Source: Candidatus Latescibacterota bacterium
Lineage (GTDB): Bacteria; Latescibacterota; UBA2968; SICM01
Length of the DNA stretch: 64,000 nt
Direction of reading: 5' to 3'
NCBI GenBank assembly: GCA_965217865.1
Contig: CBDCJO010000001.1
Span: 96,001-160,000 of the forward strand
Part shown: in pieces, positions 19,759-29,780 of the stretch
Layout of the letters: each line of letters starts with the position of its first letter
Position numbering within the stretch: position 1 is the first letter of the stretch
Notes under the pieces: model-generated
Database searches by the model: none
The model's input: the letters and a program-made list of their open reading frames with translations, nothing else
Told to the model about the DNA's origin: nothing
Program-made: the position numbers and the translations under genes

Positions 19759-20751
19759 CTATGGAATCCTCCTGAACCGGGTATTCGCGAGAAAGACCTC
19801 CATGGTGATAAGCGCCAGGCTTGGGCCCAGGAAAAAACTAAAGAGATCTGCGTAATCGACATACTCCTTTGTCTTAATTTCCGTCTTTTCAAGTTGGCTG
19901 ATTTCGCGGTAAATAGCCTCAATCTTTGGGGAGTCTCCCCCACGGTAATAACGCCCCCCCGTGATTTGAGCGATCTCCTTGAGGACCTCTTCGTCGACTT
20001 CAACTTGCACCCGAACATAATGAGGGCCAAACAAGCCGTCAACCTTTTGCATGATAGTCCCTTCGCTGCCTGCTCCGATGGTGTATACTTTGACGCCGAC
20101 AGCTTCCGCGGCTTTTGCCGCAGTCACGGGATCGATCTCCCCCCTGTTATTCACCCCATCCGTCAGCAGAACAATGATCTTGCTTTTGGCCGGGGTCGTC
20201 CTCAGCCGATTCACAGCCGTAGCGACCCCCATCCCGATAGCCGTTCCATCCTCGATGATGCCGGTTTCAATGTTATCGAGCAGGGTTAAAAGAACGCCGT
20301 AATCGAGGGTCAGAGGGCATTGGGTAAAGCTCTCGCCCGCGAAGATCACCATCCCGATCCGGTCATTTGTTCGTCCCTGGATAAACTGTCTGACAGCCTC
20401 TTTGCAGACATCCAGGCGGGATTTTTTTTCATCCAGGTCTTTCGCCTCCATGCTGGTCGACACATCTACGGCAAGTATGATGTCGATTCCCTGAGTGAGA
20501 ACCTCTCGGCTCCGTTGCCCTAATTGTGGCCTAGCAAGGGCCAGGATCAGCAGGAGGAGCCCCGCGCACCGGAGGCCGATCAAGGTGTGGCGCCACTTTA
20601 ACGATACGGAAGGCCGAATTTGTTTGAGGACCCGGACGTCGGGGAAACGGAGGCTCCCCTTCTTTCTGGCTTCCTTTCTGATGTAAAGATAGACCAGCGC
20701 CGGGATAGCGAGTAGGAGGATAAGATAAAGGGGATCTTTGAGGTGAAACAT
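19759..20751 (-). CDS. batA: BatA-like VWA domain protein
   Basis: ALARPQ, DVSTSM, CPLTLDY, GTAIG, LLTDGVNN, TGGRYYR. Confidence 0.9.
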   Translation of the reverse strand: MFHLKDPLYLILLLAIPALVYLYIRKEARKKGSLRFPDVRVLKQIRPSVSLKWRHTLIGLRCAGLLLLILALARPQLGQRSREVLTQGIDIILAVDVSTSMEAKDLDEKKSRLDVCKEAVRQFIQGRTNDRIGMVIFAGESFTQCPLTLDYGVLLTLLDNIETGIIEDGTAIGMGVATAVNRLRTTPAKSKIIVLLTDGVNNRGEIDPVTAAKAAEAVGVKVYTIGAGSEGTIMQKVDGLFGPHYVRVQVEVDEEVLKEIAQITGGRYYRGGDSPKIEAIYREISQLEKTEIKTKEYVDYADLFSFFLGPSLALITMEVFLANTRFRRIP

Positions 20752-20773
20752 AATATTGGATCAGACTCATGAG

Positions 20774-21757
20774 TCACGGTCGGTTCTGGATCAGTGACTT
20801 TTCTGCGTCTCCTTCAGGAAGACGCATCGTTTCCCTGACAACATCCTTCGCCCGGTCGATGACCCCCTCCATCTCATCCTTCGGGGGAATGAGTTTGGCG
20901 AACTTGACAAGGTCGCAGTTGGACAGAAACCCGTCGAATTTGGCTACGGTGACGGGGTCCATCCGGGAGCTATTCATCTCAGAGAGGATCTCCCACGTCG
21001 TACGTTCCATCGCCTCTAAGGCATACCGTCGTTCGATATACCGGCGCATGGCATCCGAGACCAGGATGTAGTGCCTTTTGAACGCTCCTTTCTCAAGCAA
21101 ACCCAGAGCGGCGATTTTGTCGAATTCTCCAAGCTCGTCGATCGGCCTGGGAGGAGCTTTCTGAACCCCTCTCGCACCTGATCTCCTCGCCCGACGGCGG
21201 TGGATGAGATATATCGCAATCCCGATCAGGGAGAGCCCGATCAGAGTCCAAATCCACCATGGCAGGCCCCCGGCCAATTCCACGGGAGGCTTGACATCCT
21301 TTAGGACCTTCTCGTCCCCTTCTTCGATGACGCTTTGCACCGTGATCGGGATCGGATGGGTCCGGGCCTCTCCGGTGTCCCCTGAGGCCGTGACAAAAGT
21401 GATGGAGAGTGCCGGAATTTCGATGGCCCCCACCACATATGAGGTGAGGATATATCGGGCCGCCTCTTCGACTCCCCCCCCATCGACTTTCCTCAATTCC
21501 TCCTTTTCTACATCTCGAACCTCGAGTTCTCCGACCGCCTCGCGGATTTCGGGAAAGGACACGCGATCGGCCTCCCCCCGTCTGACAGTCAGTGAGTAGG
21601 TGATCGGATCACCCACCGTAATCGTCGCGCGGTCCACCTGACCCTCGACTGAGACCCCGCCAAAGCAGACCGAGGGGATCAGAAAACCCAGTGGAAAATA
21701 AAAATTACAGATTGCGAATCTCAAAAGCGACCTCACCCCGCCTCGCAAGCTCGGCAC
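20774..21757 (-). CDS. Bat-operon membrane protein with BatD-like N-terminal Ig domain (start uncertain)
   Basis: VDRATITVGDPITY, LKDVKPP, TM helix, MERTT.E, CDLVKFAK; the first codons come from a REP-like element. Confidence 0.75.
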   Translation of the reverse strand: MPSLRGGVRSLLRFAICNFYFPLGFLIPSVCFGGVSVEGQVDRATITVGDPITYSLTVRRGEADRVSFPEIREAVGELEVRDVEKEELRKVDGGGVEEAARYILTSYVVGAIEIPALSITFVTASGDTGEARTHPIPITVQSVIEEGDEKVLKDVKPPVELAGGLPWWIWTLIGLSLIGIAIYLIHRRRARRSGARGVQKAPPRPIDELGEFDKIAALGLLEKGAFKRHYILVSDAMRRYIERRYALEAMERTTWEILSEMNSSRMDPVTVAKFDGFLSNCDLVKFAKLIPPKDEMEGVIDRAKDVVRETMRLPEGDAEKSLIQNRP

Positions 21758-21766
21758 CCCTCTCCC
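21731..21766 (+). repeat. REP-like element, inverse copy at 54299-54334
   Basis: CCTCACCCCGCCTCGCAAGCTCGGCACCCCTCTCCC; 35/36 identical to the reverse complement of 54299-54334. Confidence 0.8.
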
Positions 21767-21772
21767 AACCTC

Positions 21773-21894
21773 ATTGAATATTGAATATTGGAAAATTGAA
21801 TATTTAAATAACTCAGGACTTTCTTATGTCCTTTATGGATCTTTTTGATCTTCAATCTTCAGTATTCAATCTTCAATCTTCAATTTCCCCCCCT
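21773..21894 (+). repeat. MITE-like element, copy 2
   Basis: Same ATTGAATATTGAATAT...CTCAGGACT...TTCAATCTTCAAT architecture. Confidence 0.7.
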
Positions 21895-21955
21895 GACCTC
21901 CGGCCTCCGACTTCTGACCCCTGCCTTTTCCCGCCCGTCTCACATTTTTCAATCG

Positions 21956-23296
21956 TCAATCGTCAATATTAAATCCTTCAATCTTCAATCGCTCTTCAAG
22001 ATTATCCCACCTGGCTTCATAGACGGTTCCCCGACGGTCTGTACGGGCATAAATTCTTTTGCCGATCTTCCTCCCCAGGGTCAGTGTGAGAACAGGCCCC
22101 TCGTCGCCTGTCAACCGCACGGTGAGCCCCGGTCGATCAAAACCGAATTCAGCGGGACGGTCCGGGGACTCAGACACGAACCTTTTCGCTTCAAGGCCGA
22201 GGATGCCCCTTAAGATCGCATCCGCCCGCTTCGGCGCATTCCCCTCATCAAGGGGGTCTGCCCCTCTCCATAATCCATCCTTGCCCCTTTCGAACGCGAC
22301 CGTCGTATCCCTCCCGACCAGCTCCATCTTTTTCACCATTTTTCGTTTGAACTCCGCGAACATTTTGTACCGATAGGCGTCCGTCCCGGCGGCGATCGTG
22401 TTGGCCAGGCTGGTGTCCACCGCGAACACGGGAGGCCTTCCGTCGAACCGCGCATAGCGCCACCCACCCGTGGTCTCACCGATATCCAGAGTCTTCCGGC
22501 TCATCTCCTCGCCTTCGTAAATCGTGATTGAAGCCTTTGCCGGGTTCAGCCCATACTTTTCAATATCCTGAGGGATCTCTTCGATGAACTTCCGGATCCT
22601 TGGACCCGTTAAAGACCAGAGCAACCGCTTCACCGTCGTCAAGTCCCCCCGGTCCTCCAGAGGGCGCTTCATCCTCAAGGTTTCGTTCTCTCGTTCAAGG
22701 ACGATCTGACCGTTCGAAGCTGAGATCTCGATCCGCCTCACACCCTCACGTTCGAACGGGATGGCCCTCTTATCTCGCAGGTCGTAGAGCGTCTTCGGCA
22801 TCCCCCTCAGAATGGTTGTACTGACCGTCAAAATCTCAGGCTTCCCTGAGAGCTTGGCGTAGCTTTGCCCATTCCACATCATACTGTTGCCAACCAGAAG
22901 GGTATCGGCTCCTATGCCATCCACATAGACCCGATGGGAAGGATTCAAGATTCCATATTCGGCCAACTGTTCCCGGTCCGCCCATTCAACGACCGATTCA
23001 ACCCGTTCAATCGCATTCATGCGCATGACGATATCGGTTATTGCCCGGCGGTCCCCTGCCGTCTTGACGGGGAAACTGATGACCCAGGAACTGTCCGGCC
23101 CCCACTCGCAGATGACAGTCGTATCCCCAGTGGAAACGGTCATCCCGATGACACCATCCCGATCAAACCGGAACAAGAGCCTCTCAAGCCTGGCCTTCTC
23201 CGCCCTGATTTTCTCTCCCTTGTAGTCGTAGAAGTACCAGAACACCCCTGCTGCGATCAGAATAACTGCCAGGATGCCCGTGACCCTGAAACTCAT
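21956..23296 (-). CDS. DUF4340 domain-containing protein
   Basis: N-terminal TM and three repeats with YG(L/I)..P and LRDK motifs; follows a GldG-type gene. Confidence 0.8.
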   Translation of the reverse strand: MSFRVTGILAVILIAAGVFWYFYDYKGEKIRAEKARLERLLFRFDRDGVIGMTVSTGDTTVICEWGPDSSWVISFPVKTAGDRRAITDIVMRMNAIERVESVVEWADREQLAEYGILNPSHRVYVDGIGADTLLVGNSMMWNGQSYAKLSGKPEILTVSTTILRGMPKTLYDLRDKRAIPFEREGVRRIEISASNGQIVLERENETLRMKRPLEDRGDLTTVKRLLWSLTGPRIRKFIEEIPQDIEKYGLNPAKASITIYEGEEMSRKTLDIGETTGGWRYARFDGRPPVFAVDTSLANTIAAGTDAYRYKMFAEFKRKMVKKMELVGRDTTVAFERGKDGLWRGADPLDEGNAPKRADAILRGILGLEAKRFVSESPDRPAEFGFDRPGLTVRLTGDEGPVLTLTLGRKIGKRIYARTDRRGTVYEARWDNLEERLKIEGFNIDD

Positions 23297-23313
23297 AACA
23301 CGACCTCAAAGAG

Positions 23314-23449
23314 ATTGAATATTTTATTGAATATCGGAGAATTGAATATTTGAAAAACTCACGACTTTCTTGTGGTCCTCTAATCTTCAATCCTTGATCT
23401 TTCGTCTCACGTCTCACGTCTCACGTTTGACGGTATTTCAATCTTCAAT
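23314..23449 (+). repeat. MITE-like element, copy 3 (with internal CGTCTCA heptamers)
   Basis: ATTGAATAT..ATTGAATATCGGAGAATTGAATATTTGAA..ACTCACGACT...TTCAATCTTCAAT. Confidence 0.65.
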
Positions 23450-23459
23450 TTCCAATGCC

Positions 23460-24872
23460 CTACCGCCTCCGCCACCACACCCCAAATCCCGCCAAAAAAA
23501 CCAGACCCGGTATAATACCTATGACCAGATAGCTGATAAAGCTCCCCTGCATCTTATTGAGGTTGATCGGATTGAAATCCGACTCGCGCCTCCGGATGGC
23601 GATCTGGTCCTCCTCCTCCAGGAGCCAGCTAACGGAATTCAGGAGGAGGTCCCCGTTGCCTTGGAAGTTGAAGAACTGATTGGTCGCGAAATCCGAATCT
23701 CCGATCACCACCAACCGCGTGTTCTCCCGAACGGGATCCTGGGCTGCGGCCTCAAATGTCTTGGGGGTCGCGGATACGGCTACGGCAAGGGGAACCGGCC
23801 CCTTTCGATCCACTTTGGGATCGAATACCACCTTAAGTTTACGGTCCTTCGGCCGGCGGAGGGGAGACAGGTCGCGCTCCCCCCAACTTGCATTGGAAGT
23901 CTTCACGATCTCTGTCGTCTCCGCGTTCGACTCGGAATCTTTGGGTGACGCGGTAACGGATCGGACGAGCATGAAACTCGTCATAACCCCCTTCATTTTT
24001 GCCGTAATCTCGTGATCCGCATATCGGGTGGCCACCGGCATGGAGTAGTCGAGTCCGAACAGCCCCCCCACACCGCTGTTATCCACCACGAAGTCCTCTT
24101 CCAACTTCACCGAATACGATTCCAACAGGCCTTCCAGGCCGCTCTGGTGATCGGGATCGAGGAGGAGGAGGAGTTTCCCGCCTTTATCGAGGTATGACCC
24201 GATGGAATCGACCTCGGTGGGCAACAGGGTTTTCTTGGGACCGGAGATCACAAGCAGGGAACAGTCATCGGGAAGGGACCCTACCCGAGCAAGAAGAAGA
24301 GGATCCGGCTTGACCAGATAGTTGAGTTCCTGAATGCGGTCCCGCGATACCCCCATCCCGTCCCGCTCCCGGCTGATCAGGGGGTTTTCCCCGTGCCCGG
24401 TCAGGAAGTAGACCACCTTCTGCCTGTCCCTGGTCACCCTGACCATGCCGTTCGTGATATGCCGCTCCTCTTCGAACCCAACCTGTTCCTCCCTCTCCCC
24501 CGAGATCAAGACGATCGTTTTATACTGCCGGATGTTATATCGCCTTGCCATGGCCGGGGCCTTGTCGGGGTCGACGAATTCATACGACACCCGGTTCGTA
24601 TGATAGTCGTATTGCTTCAATAACGGCTCGATATTTTTCCGCTCTTCCGGGCGGTAGAATGCTATCATCCGCACATCCCGGTCCAACCCTTTCAGGACGC
24701 TCACGGTTTCATCCGACAAGCTTCGGAAGCCCCCCCTCGTCATATCGACACGATGGCGGTACTTGTTCGAAAGATAGTTAGCGATGATGATGATGGCCAG
24801 GAAGATCAGGACGGACAAAAATACGTTGGAGCCGTAGACAAACACCCGGCCTTTTCGATGGAAAAACTTCAT
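23460..24872 (-). CDS. GldG-family ABC-type uncharacterized transport system component
   Basis: DMT...SLS.ET, VDPD, VYFLTGHGE, GGKLLLLLDP, VIGDSDF, N.DL..N...WL, C-terminal TM-WWRRR. Confidence 0.88.
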   Translation of the reverse strand: MKFFHRKGRVFVYGSNVFLSVLIFLAIIIIANYLSNKYRHRVDMTRGGFRSLSDETVSVLKGLDRDVRMIAFYRPEERKNIEPLLKQYDYHTNRVSYEFVDPDKAPAMARRYNIRQYKTIVLISGEREEQVGFEEERHITNGMVRVTRDRQKVVYFLTGHGENPLISRERDGMGVSRDRIQELNYLVKPDPLLLARVGSLPDDCSLLVISGPKKTLLPTEVDSIGSYLDKGGKLLLLLDPDHQSGLEGLLESYSVKLEEDFVVDNSGVGGLFGLDYSMPVATRYADHEITAKMKGVMTSFMLVRSVTASPKDSESNAETTEIVKTSNASWGERDLSPLRRPKDRKLKVVFDPKVDRKGPVPLAVAVSATPKTFEAAAQDPVRENTRLVVIGDSDFATNQFFNFQGNGDLLLNSVSWLLEEEDQIAIRRRESDFNPINLNKMQGSFISYLVIGIIPGLVFLAGFGVWWRRR

Positions 24873-24876
24873 GAGC

Positions 24877-25647
24877 TCAATGCCTCCATTTGCGTGATTC
24901 GAGAACCGTGTGGGTCAGGAACAGCCCAATGGCGATCAGGCTCATGAAAAAGGCCACGTCCCCCGTATCGATGACACCTCGTAGAAAGTCCCGCATGTGA
25001 GCGATGATCGACAAGTGCCTCAGGATGGCGCTGATCGGGGGTTGTGTCTGGTTCGCGGCAAAGTCGATAACCCACAACTGGATAAAGAAGAAGAAAGACA
25101 GGACCCCGGCCACGATCTGATTCTCCGTCATGGCGGAAGCCAGGATACCCATCGCCACGAAAGCCCCCCCGAAAAACAGGACGGCTGTGTAGGCCGCGGC
25201 CACCATCCCCCAGTCGATGTTCCCATAATATTCGGCGATCAGGATGTGTGAGAATCCGACAACCTCGATTCCAAGGAATAGGACCAGACATGCGGCAAAC
25301 TTTCCCATCAGGGTCTGGAAGGTGGTGATGGGAGAGGTAAGCAGGAGCTCGATGGTACCGGTCTTTTTCTCCTCGGCATAGAGGCGCATCGTCAGAAACG
25401 GGACCACCACCAGCCAGACGAAAAACTTCACCCCGAAATAAGTCGTAATGACCCACTCGTTCAGGTCCAGGTCCGGCATTCGTGTGGGTCGCTGGTAATA
25501 GGTCAGGCAAAGCTGGTTGAATTCCAACAGGAAATTCCTGTACATGAATCCCGAGAAAAGGAGCCAGACACCCGCCATGACATAGGCCACCGGGGAGGCG
25601 AAAAAGGAGCGTAATTCCTTTCCGAAGATTGCCGCGAAATTTTTCAA
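24877..25647 (-). CDS. ABC-2 permease (GldF-like)
   Basis: KELRSFFASPVAY, TMRLYAEEKKTGTIELLLTSP, TENQIVA. Confidence 0.9.
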   Translation of the reverse strand: MKNFAAIFGKELRSFFASPVAYVMAGVWLLFSGFMYRNFLLEFNQLCLTYYQRPTRMPDLDLNEWVITTYFGVKFFVWLVVVPFLTMRLYAEEKKTGTIELLLTSPITTFQTLMGKFAACLVLFLGIEVVGFSHILIAEYYGNIDWGMVAAAYTAVLFFGGAFVAMGILASAMTENQIVAGVLSFFFFIQLWVIDFAANQTQPPISAILRHLSIIAHMRDFLRGVIDTGDVAFFMSLIAIGLFLTHTVLESRKWRH

Positions 25648-26597
25648 GGGCTAACCTCCTCTTCGCTGGTGGTCACCTCCGCAAAGATATCCTCAAGACT
25701 CATCTCGATCCTCCGCATCTCGAGCAGCCCTATCTCCTTCTTTACAAGGTGGGCGGCCAGGCCGGGTCGTAGATCCGTGCCGAGGGGACTTTCGACATAG
25801 ACCCGGGTCCTTCCGTCCTCGGGTTCCGCCCGATCCAAAATCACATCGGTCACCCCTTCAACCTCCCGCAAAGCAGCCTCCGCTTCGTCGTACCCTCCCA
25901 CCACCTCCAGAAACACCCGCTCCTTCCCCTTCATCCGGGAGGTCAGGTTTTCCGGGGTATCCACCGCCGCGATCCTCCCTTTGTCGATGATCACCACCCG
26001 CTGGCAGGTAATGCTGACTTCCGGTAGGATGTGCGTACTGAGGATAACCGTGTGGTCCCCGGCCAGGGACCGGATCAACGTTCTTACTTCTCGAATCTGG
26101 TTGGGATCCAATCCGACCGTGGGTTCGTCAAGGACGATCACGTCGGGATTGTGGACGAGGGCTTGCGCAAGTCCCACCCGCTGCCGGTACCCCCTGGAGA
26201 GTTTTTCGATCAACCGGTCGGCCATGTGGTCCACGCTGCATCGGACCATCACGTCGTCCACCCGGGTGTTTCGTTGATCCCTGTCCACGCCCTTGATCTT
26301 GGACACGAAGAGAAGGTAGTTTCTGACAGACATATCCCGATAGAGCGGGGGCTGCTCGGGCATATAGCCGATCCTCTTCCGGACCTCGATGGACTGCGAA
26401 AAGACATCGAAGCCCGCGACCTTTGCCTCGCCGGAGGTCGCAGGCATATAACAGGTCAGGATCCTCATGGCCGTGGTCTTACCCGCCCCGTTCGGACCCA
26501 GAAACCCGAGAATCTCCCCTTTCTCAACTCGAAAAGAGATGTCATTCACTGCCGACACCCGTCCGTATCGCTTCGTAAGATTCGAAACCTCGATCAC
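25644..26597 (-). CDS. ABC transporter ATP-binding protein (GldA-like)
   Basis: GPNGAGKTT, LSRGYRQRVGLAQA, LDEPTVGLDP, STHIL. Confidence 0.92.
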   Translation of the reverse strand: MIEVSNLTKRYGRVSAVNDISFRVEKGEILGFLGPNGAGKTTAMRILTCYMPATSGEAKVAGFDVFSQSIEVRKRIGYMPEQPPLYRDMSVRNYLLFVSKIKGVDRDQRNTRVDDVMVRCSVDHMADRLIEKLSRGYRQRVGLAQALVHNPDVIVLDEPTVGLDPNQIREVRTLIRSLAGDHTVILSTHILPEVSITCQRVVIIDKGRIAAVDTPENLTSRMKGKERVFLEVVGGYDEAEAALREVEGVTDVILDRAEPEDGRTRVYVESPLGTDLRPGLAAHLVKKEIGLLEMRRIEMSLEDIFAEVTTSEEEVSP

Positions 26598-26627
26598 GAA
26601 TCAAACCTCCTCGGAAGGACACGGCGA

Positions 26628-27509
26628 CTAACGACGAAATCGCTTTGCCCTGGCCTGGAAAAACCGCATCAGCGGCTCAATATAGGGCTTGTCGGTCAGT
26701 ACATCCATCCTGTCAACACCCACTGAACGAAAGACCCGCTCACGGGAGACCCGGACGTCCTCGTTGGCTTGCCTGTAACGCCTCCTCACCCGGTCGTCGG
26801 ACGTGTCAACCAGGATCTCTTCCCCGGTCTCGGCATCCTCCAACTCTATGATTCCCACGTCAGGGAATTCCACCTCCCTGGGATCGGAGATCGTGACAGC
26901 CACCAGATCGTGTCGACGATTGGCCACCTTCAACGCAGATTCATAACCCGAGTCGAGAAAGTCGGAGAAAAGGAAAACAACGCTCCTCCGGGTCGTGACC
27001 TTGTTGAGGTAGTCCAGCGCGCCACCGATGTCCGTGCCCCGACCCCTTGACTGGAAATAGTAGAGCTCCCGGATAACGCGCAATACGTGTTTTCTCCCTT
27101 TCTTGGGTGGAATAAATTTTTCCACCTCGTCGGTAAAGATGATCAGTCCGACCCGGTCGTTGTTCTGGATGGCGGAGAACGCCAGAAGGGCGCACATCTC
27201 CACCCCGATCTCTCCCTTCATCCGGTCCACGGTGCCGAAGTCTCCGGAGGCACTGGCATCCACGATCAGAACGACCGTCAGTTCGCGTTCTTCATCGAAT
27301 ACCTTGACGAATGGGTGGCCCATACGGGCTGTGACGTTCCAGTCGATCGTGCGCACATCGTCCCCCGGCAGGTACTCCCGAACCTCCGCAAACTCCATCC
27401 CCACCCCCTTAAAGACCGATTGATATTCTCCTGAGAATACCGTATTGACCAGATGGCGAGTACGAAGCTCGATCGTTCGGACTTTTTTGAGGATTTCGTT
27501 CGGGATCAT
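26628..27509 (-). CDS. DUF58 domain-containing protein
   Basis: GMEFAEVREY.PGDDVRTIDWNVTAR, EERELT, DRVGL, SDF. Confidence 0.92.
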   Translation of the reverse strand: MIPNEILKKVRTIELRTRHLVNTVFSGEYQSVFKGVGMEFAEVREYLPGDDVRTIDWNVTARMGHPFVKVFDEERELTVVLIVDASASGDFGTVDRMKGEIGVEMCALLAFSAIQNNDRVGLIIFTDEVEKFIPPKKGRKHVLRVIRELYYFQSRGRGTDIGGALDYLNKVTTRRSVVFLFSDFLDSGYESALKVANRRHDLVAVTISDPREVEFPDVGIIELEDAETGEEILVDTSDDRVRRRYRQANEDVRVSRERVFRSVGVDRMDVLTDKPYIEPLMRFFQARAKRFRR

Positions 27510-27569
27510 GGGAGGATTGATCGCAAAGGGGAGAGGAGGAAGGAATCCTTCACGAAACTTTGAGAAGGA

Positions 27570-28559
27570 TCATGGAACATCCACGTGATCGAAAATACGC
27601 TGCACAATATCCTCGGATGTCGTCTCCTCGGCCTCCGCCTCGTACGTGACGATCACCCGGTGCCGCAATACATCCATACCGACGGCCTTCACATCCTCCG
27701 GAGTCACATACCCCCGTCGCCGGAGAAAGGCATGGGCACGGGCTGCCTGCGCCAGGTAGATCGAAGCCCTGGGCGATGCACCGTATTCAATCAAGGAACT
27801 CAGATCCGGCAGCCCACTCGCAGCTGGATCGCGCGTCGCGAACACAAGGTCAAGGATATAATCCTTGATCTTTTCATCCTCGTACACGCTGTTTACAACG
27901 GAGCGGGATTTGACGATGTCTTCAGGTGAGACAACGGCTTGAACCTCGGGGGGAGGGCCGGAGGACATCCGATCCATAATGGCCCTCTCCTCCTTGCGAT
28001 CCGGGTAAGAGACTCTTATTTTGAGCATAAAGCGGTCCAGTTGAGCCTCCGGAAGAGGGTAAGTCCCCTCCTGTTCGATCGGATTCTGCGTTGCTAGGAC
28101 GAGAAAGGGATCTTCCAGGGGAAAGGTCTTGTCCCCGATGGTCACCTGGCGTTCCTGCATCGCCTCCAGCATGGCGCTTTGGACCTTCGCGGGGGCGCGA
28201 TTGACCTCGTCGGCCAGGATCAGGTTGGCGAAGATGGGCCCCTTCTTCGGGACGAACTTACCGCTCCCCTGGTGAAAGATCATCGTCCCGATCAGGTCCG
28301 CTGGCAGGAGGTCGGGTGTAAACTGGATTCTGCCGAAGGAAGCCCGGACTGTCCGAGCGAGGGTGCTGACAGACAGGGTCTTAGCCAATCCGGGTACCCC
28401 CTCCAGAAGCACGTGGCCATTGCACAGCATGGCGATGATGAGCCTCTCCACCATGCCGTGCTGTCCGACGATGACCTTTCCGATCTCTGCAACCAGGGCT
28501 TCGACGAAGGCACTCTCCCGGTTCACCTGTTCATTGATGGCGACGATGTCTCTTCCCAT
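27570..28559 (-). CDS. moxR: MoxR family AAA+ ATPase
   Basis: LEGVPGLAKT, RIQFTPDLLPAD, ADEVNRAPAKVQSA, ATQNPIEQEGTYPLPEAQLDRF, GASPRA. Confidence 0.95.
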   Translation of the reverse strand: MGRDIVAINEQVNRESAFVEALVAEIGKVIVGQHGMVERLIIAMLCNGHVLLEGVPGLAKTLSVSTLARTVRASFGRIQFTPDLLPADLIGTMIFHQGSGKFVPKKGPIFANLILADEVNRAPAKVQSAMLEAMQERQVTIGDKTFPLEDPFLVLATQNPIEQEGTYPLPEAQLDRFMLKIRVSYPDRKEERAIMDRMSSGPPPEVQAVVSPEDIVKSRSVVNSVYEDEKIKDYILDLVFATRDPAASGLPDLSSLIEYGASPRASIYLAQAARAHAFLRRRGYVTPEDVKAVGMDVLRHRVIVTYEAEAEETTSEDIVQRIFDHVDVP

Positions 28560-28636
28560 CTCCACGAAGCGCTCCTCCAATTGTCAGTTCCAAGATCTTG
28601 ACTTCAACGTGGAAACTGGAACTGGAATTCTTCATG

Positions 28637-29137
28637 TTATTTCGTGACTAGAGTTTCTTCTTTGGTGATCTGCAACCATTTGTCGGGGGATTTTCCGAGG
28701 TACTCCAGAGATATCCTTGCGTCGTCAACAAAATCGGAGTGGGGAAATTGATCGATTACCCTCTGGTAGGCGGTCCTTGCCTTTTCATAGTCCTCGAGAG
28801 AATCTAAGATAAAACCGATCATGAATTGAGCTTCGTCCGCCTTATAACTATCGGAGTAATTGTCTAAGATCTTTTGATAAGCCGCAATTGCATCCAGATG
28901 CCGGTCCTGATTCTGGTGGATCCTGGCAAGGGCGATCAGGGCGATATCGATCCTCGCATCCCGGGGAAATCGCTGGACAAATTCGGCCAACAGCTTTTCG
29001 GCCTGCGAATACCTAGCCACGTTGTGAGACGCCCGCTCCCCTTCTGTGAACAGTGCATCCGCAGATTTACCGCTGCATCCCGCCCAGGATAGTGCCAGGA
29101 AGAATAGGAGGCCTCCATTCAGGATATACCTTTTCAT
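28637..29137 (-). CDS. TPR-containing lipoprotein (BamD/CpoB-like)
   Basis: Lipobox-like WAGC; TPRs ending YQ.(I/V)...(Y/F)(S/P).S. Confidence 0.7.
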   Translation of the reverse strand: MKRYILNGGLLFFLALSWAGCSGKSADALFTEGERASHNVARYSQAEKLLAEFVQRFPRDARIDIALIALARIHQNQDRHLDAIAAYQKILDNYSDSYKADEAQFMIGFILDSLEDYEKARTAYQRVIDQFPHSDFVDDARISLEYLGKSPDKWLQITKEETLVTK

Positions 29138-29251
29138 AATCACTGCCCTCAATATGCCGGGGGCCGATTTCCCGGTTCCCGGTCCTGTTCGGCTTAAAGA
29201 ATATTGACTTTTAACACCGGGTCAGGTTCCCAAAAAATGAGGAGCCATCCT

Positions 29252-29614
29252 TTATCCCGATTTTTCTTCCTTTTTCGCCTTGCTCTTGGCGGCCCCTGAA
29301 TCCACCCCGGAATCCGAAGACTTCTTCGATCCTGAATCCTTCGATCCTGAATCCTTCGAGCCCGAATCCTTCGAGCCTGAATCTCCGCTCGAGGAGGAAG
29401 TCTCGGCCTTCGCCGCCTTCTTGTAGCTCTCACTGCGGTAATCGGTGATATAAAAGCCTGACCCCTTGAAAAGAAGCCCGGCCCCTGTCCCGATCAAGCG
29501 GCGGATCTTCCGTCGCTTGCATTTGGGGCAGGTTTTTTTCGGTTCTTCGGTGATGCTTTGAAACTCCTCAAACTTGTGACCGCAGGCTGAACACTCATAA
29601 TCATAAGTCGGCAT
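29252..29614 (-). CDS. FmdB-family zinc-ribbon protein with low-complexity tail
   Basis: MPTYDYECSACGH.FE..QSI....CPKC....FKGSGFYITDY; 15-bp tandem repeat encodes DSGSK x4. Confidence 0.9.
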   Translation of the reverse strand: MPTYDYECSACGHKFEEFQSITEEPKKTCPKCKRRKIRRLIGTGAGLLFKGSGFYITDYRSESYKKAAKAETSSSSGDSGSKDSGSKDSGSKDSGSKKSSDSGVDSGAAKSKAKKEEKSG

Positions 29615-29780
29615 GAAAAAAATCCTTCCAATGGTGGGGACAGGGGAGAAGTTGAAGAAGGTTCCCAAAATACCATATCAAGGAAATTAAATTTTTTACT
29701 CTATTTGAGTCAAGGTTTTTTTATGTATCTTTATCTTATTCGGTATCTTGCAGTTCTCCCCCCAACCACAGCGCCATTTC

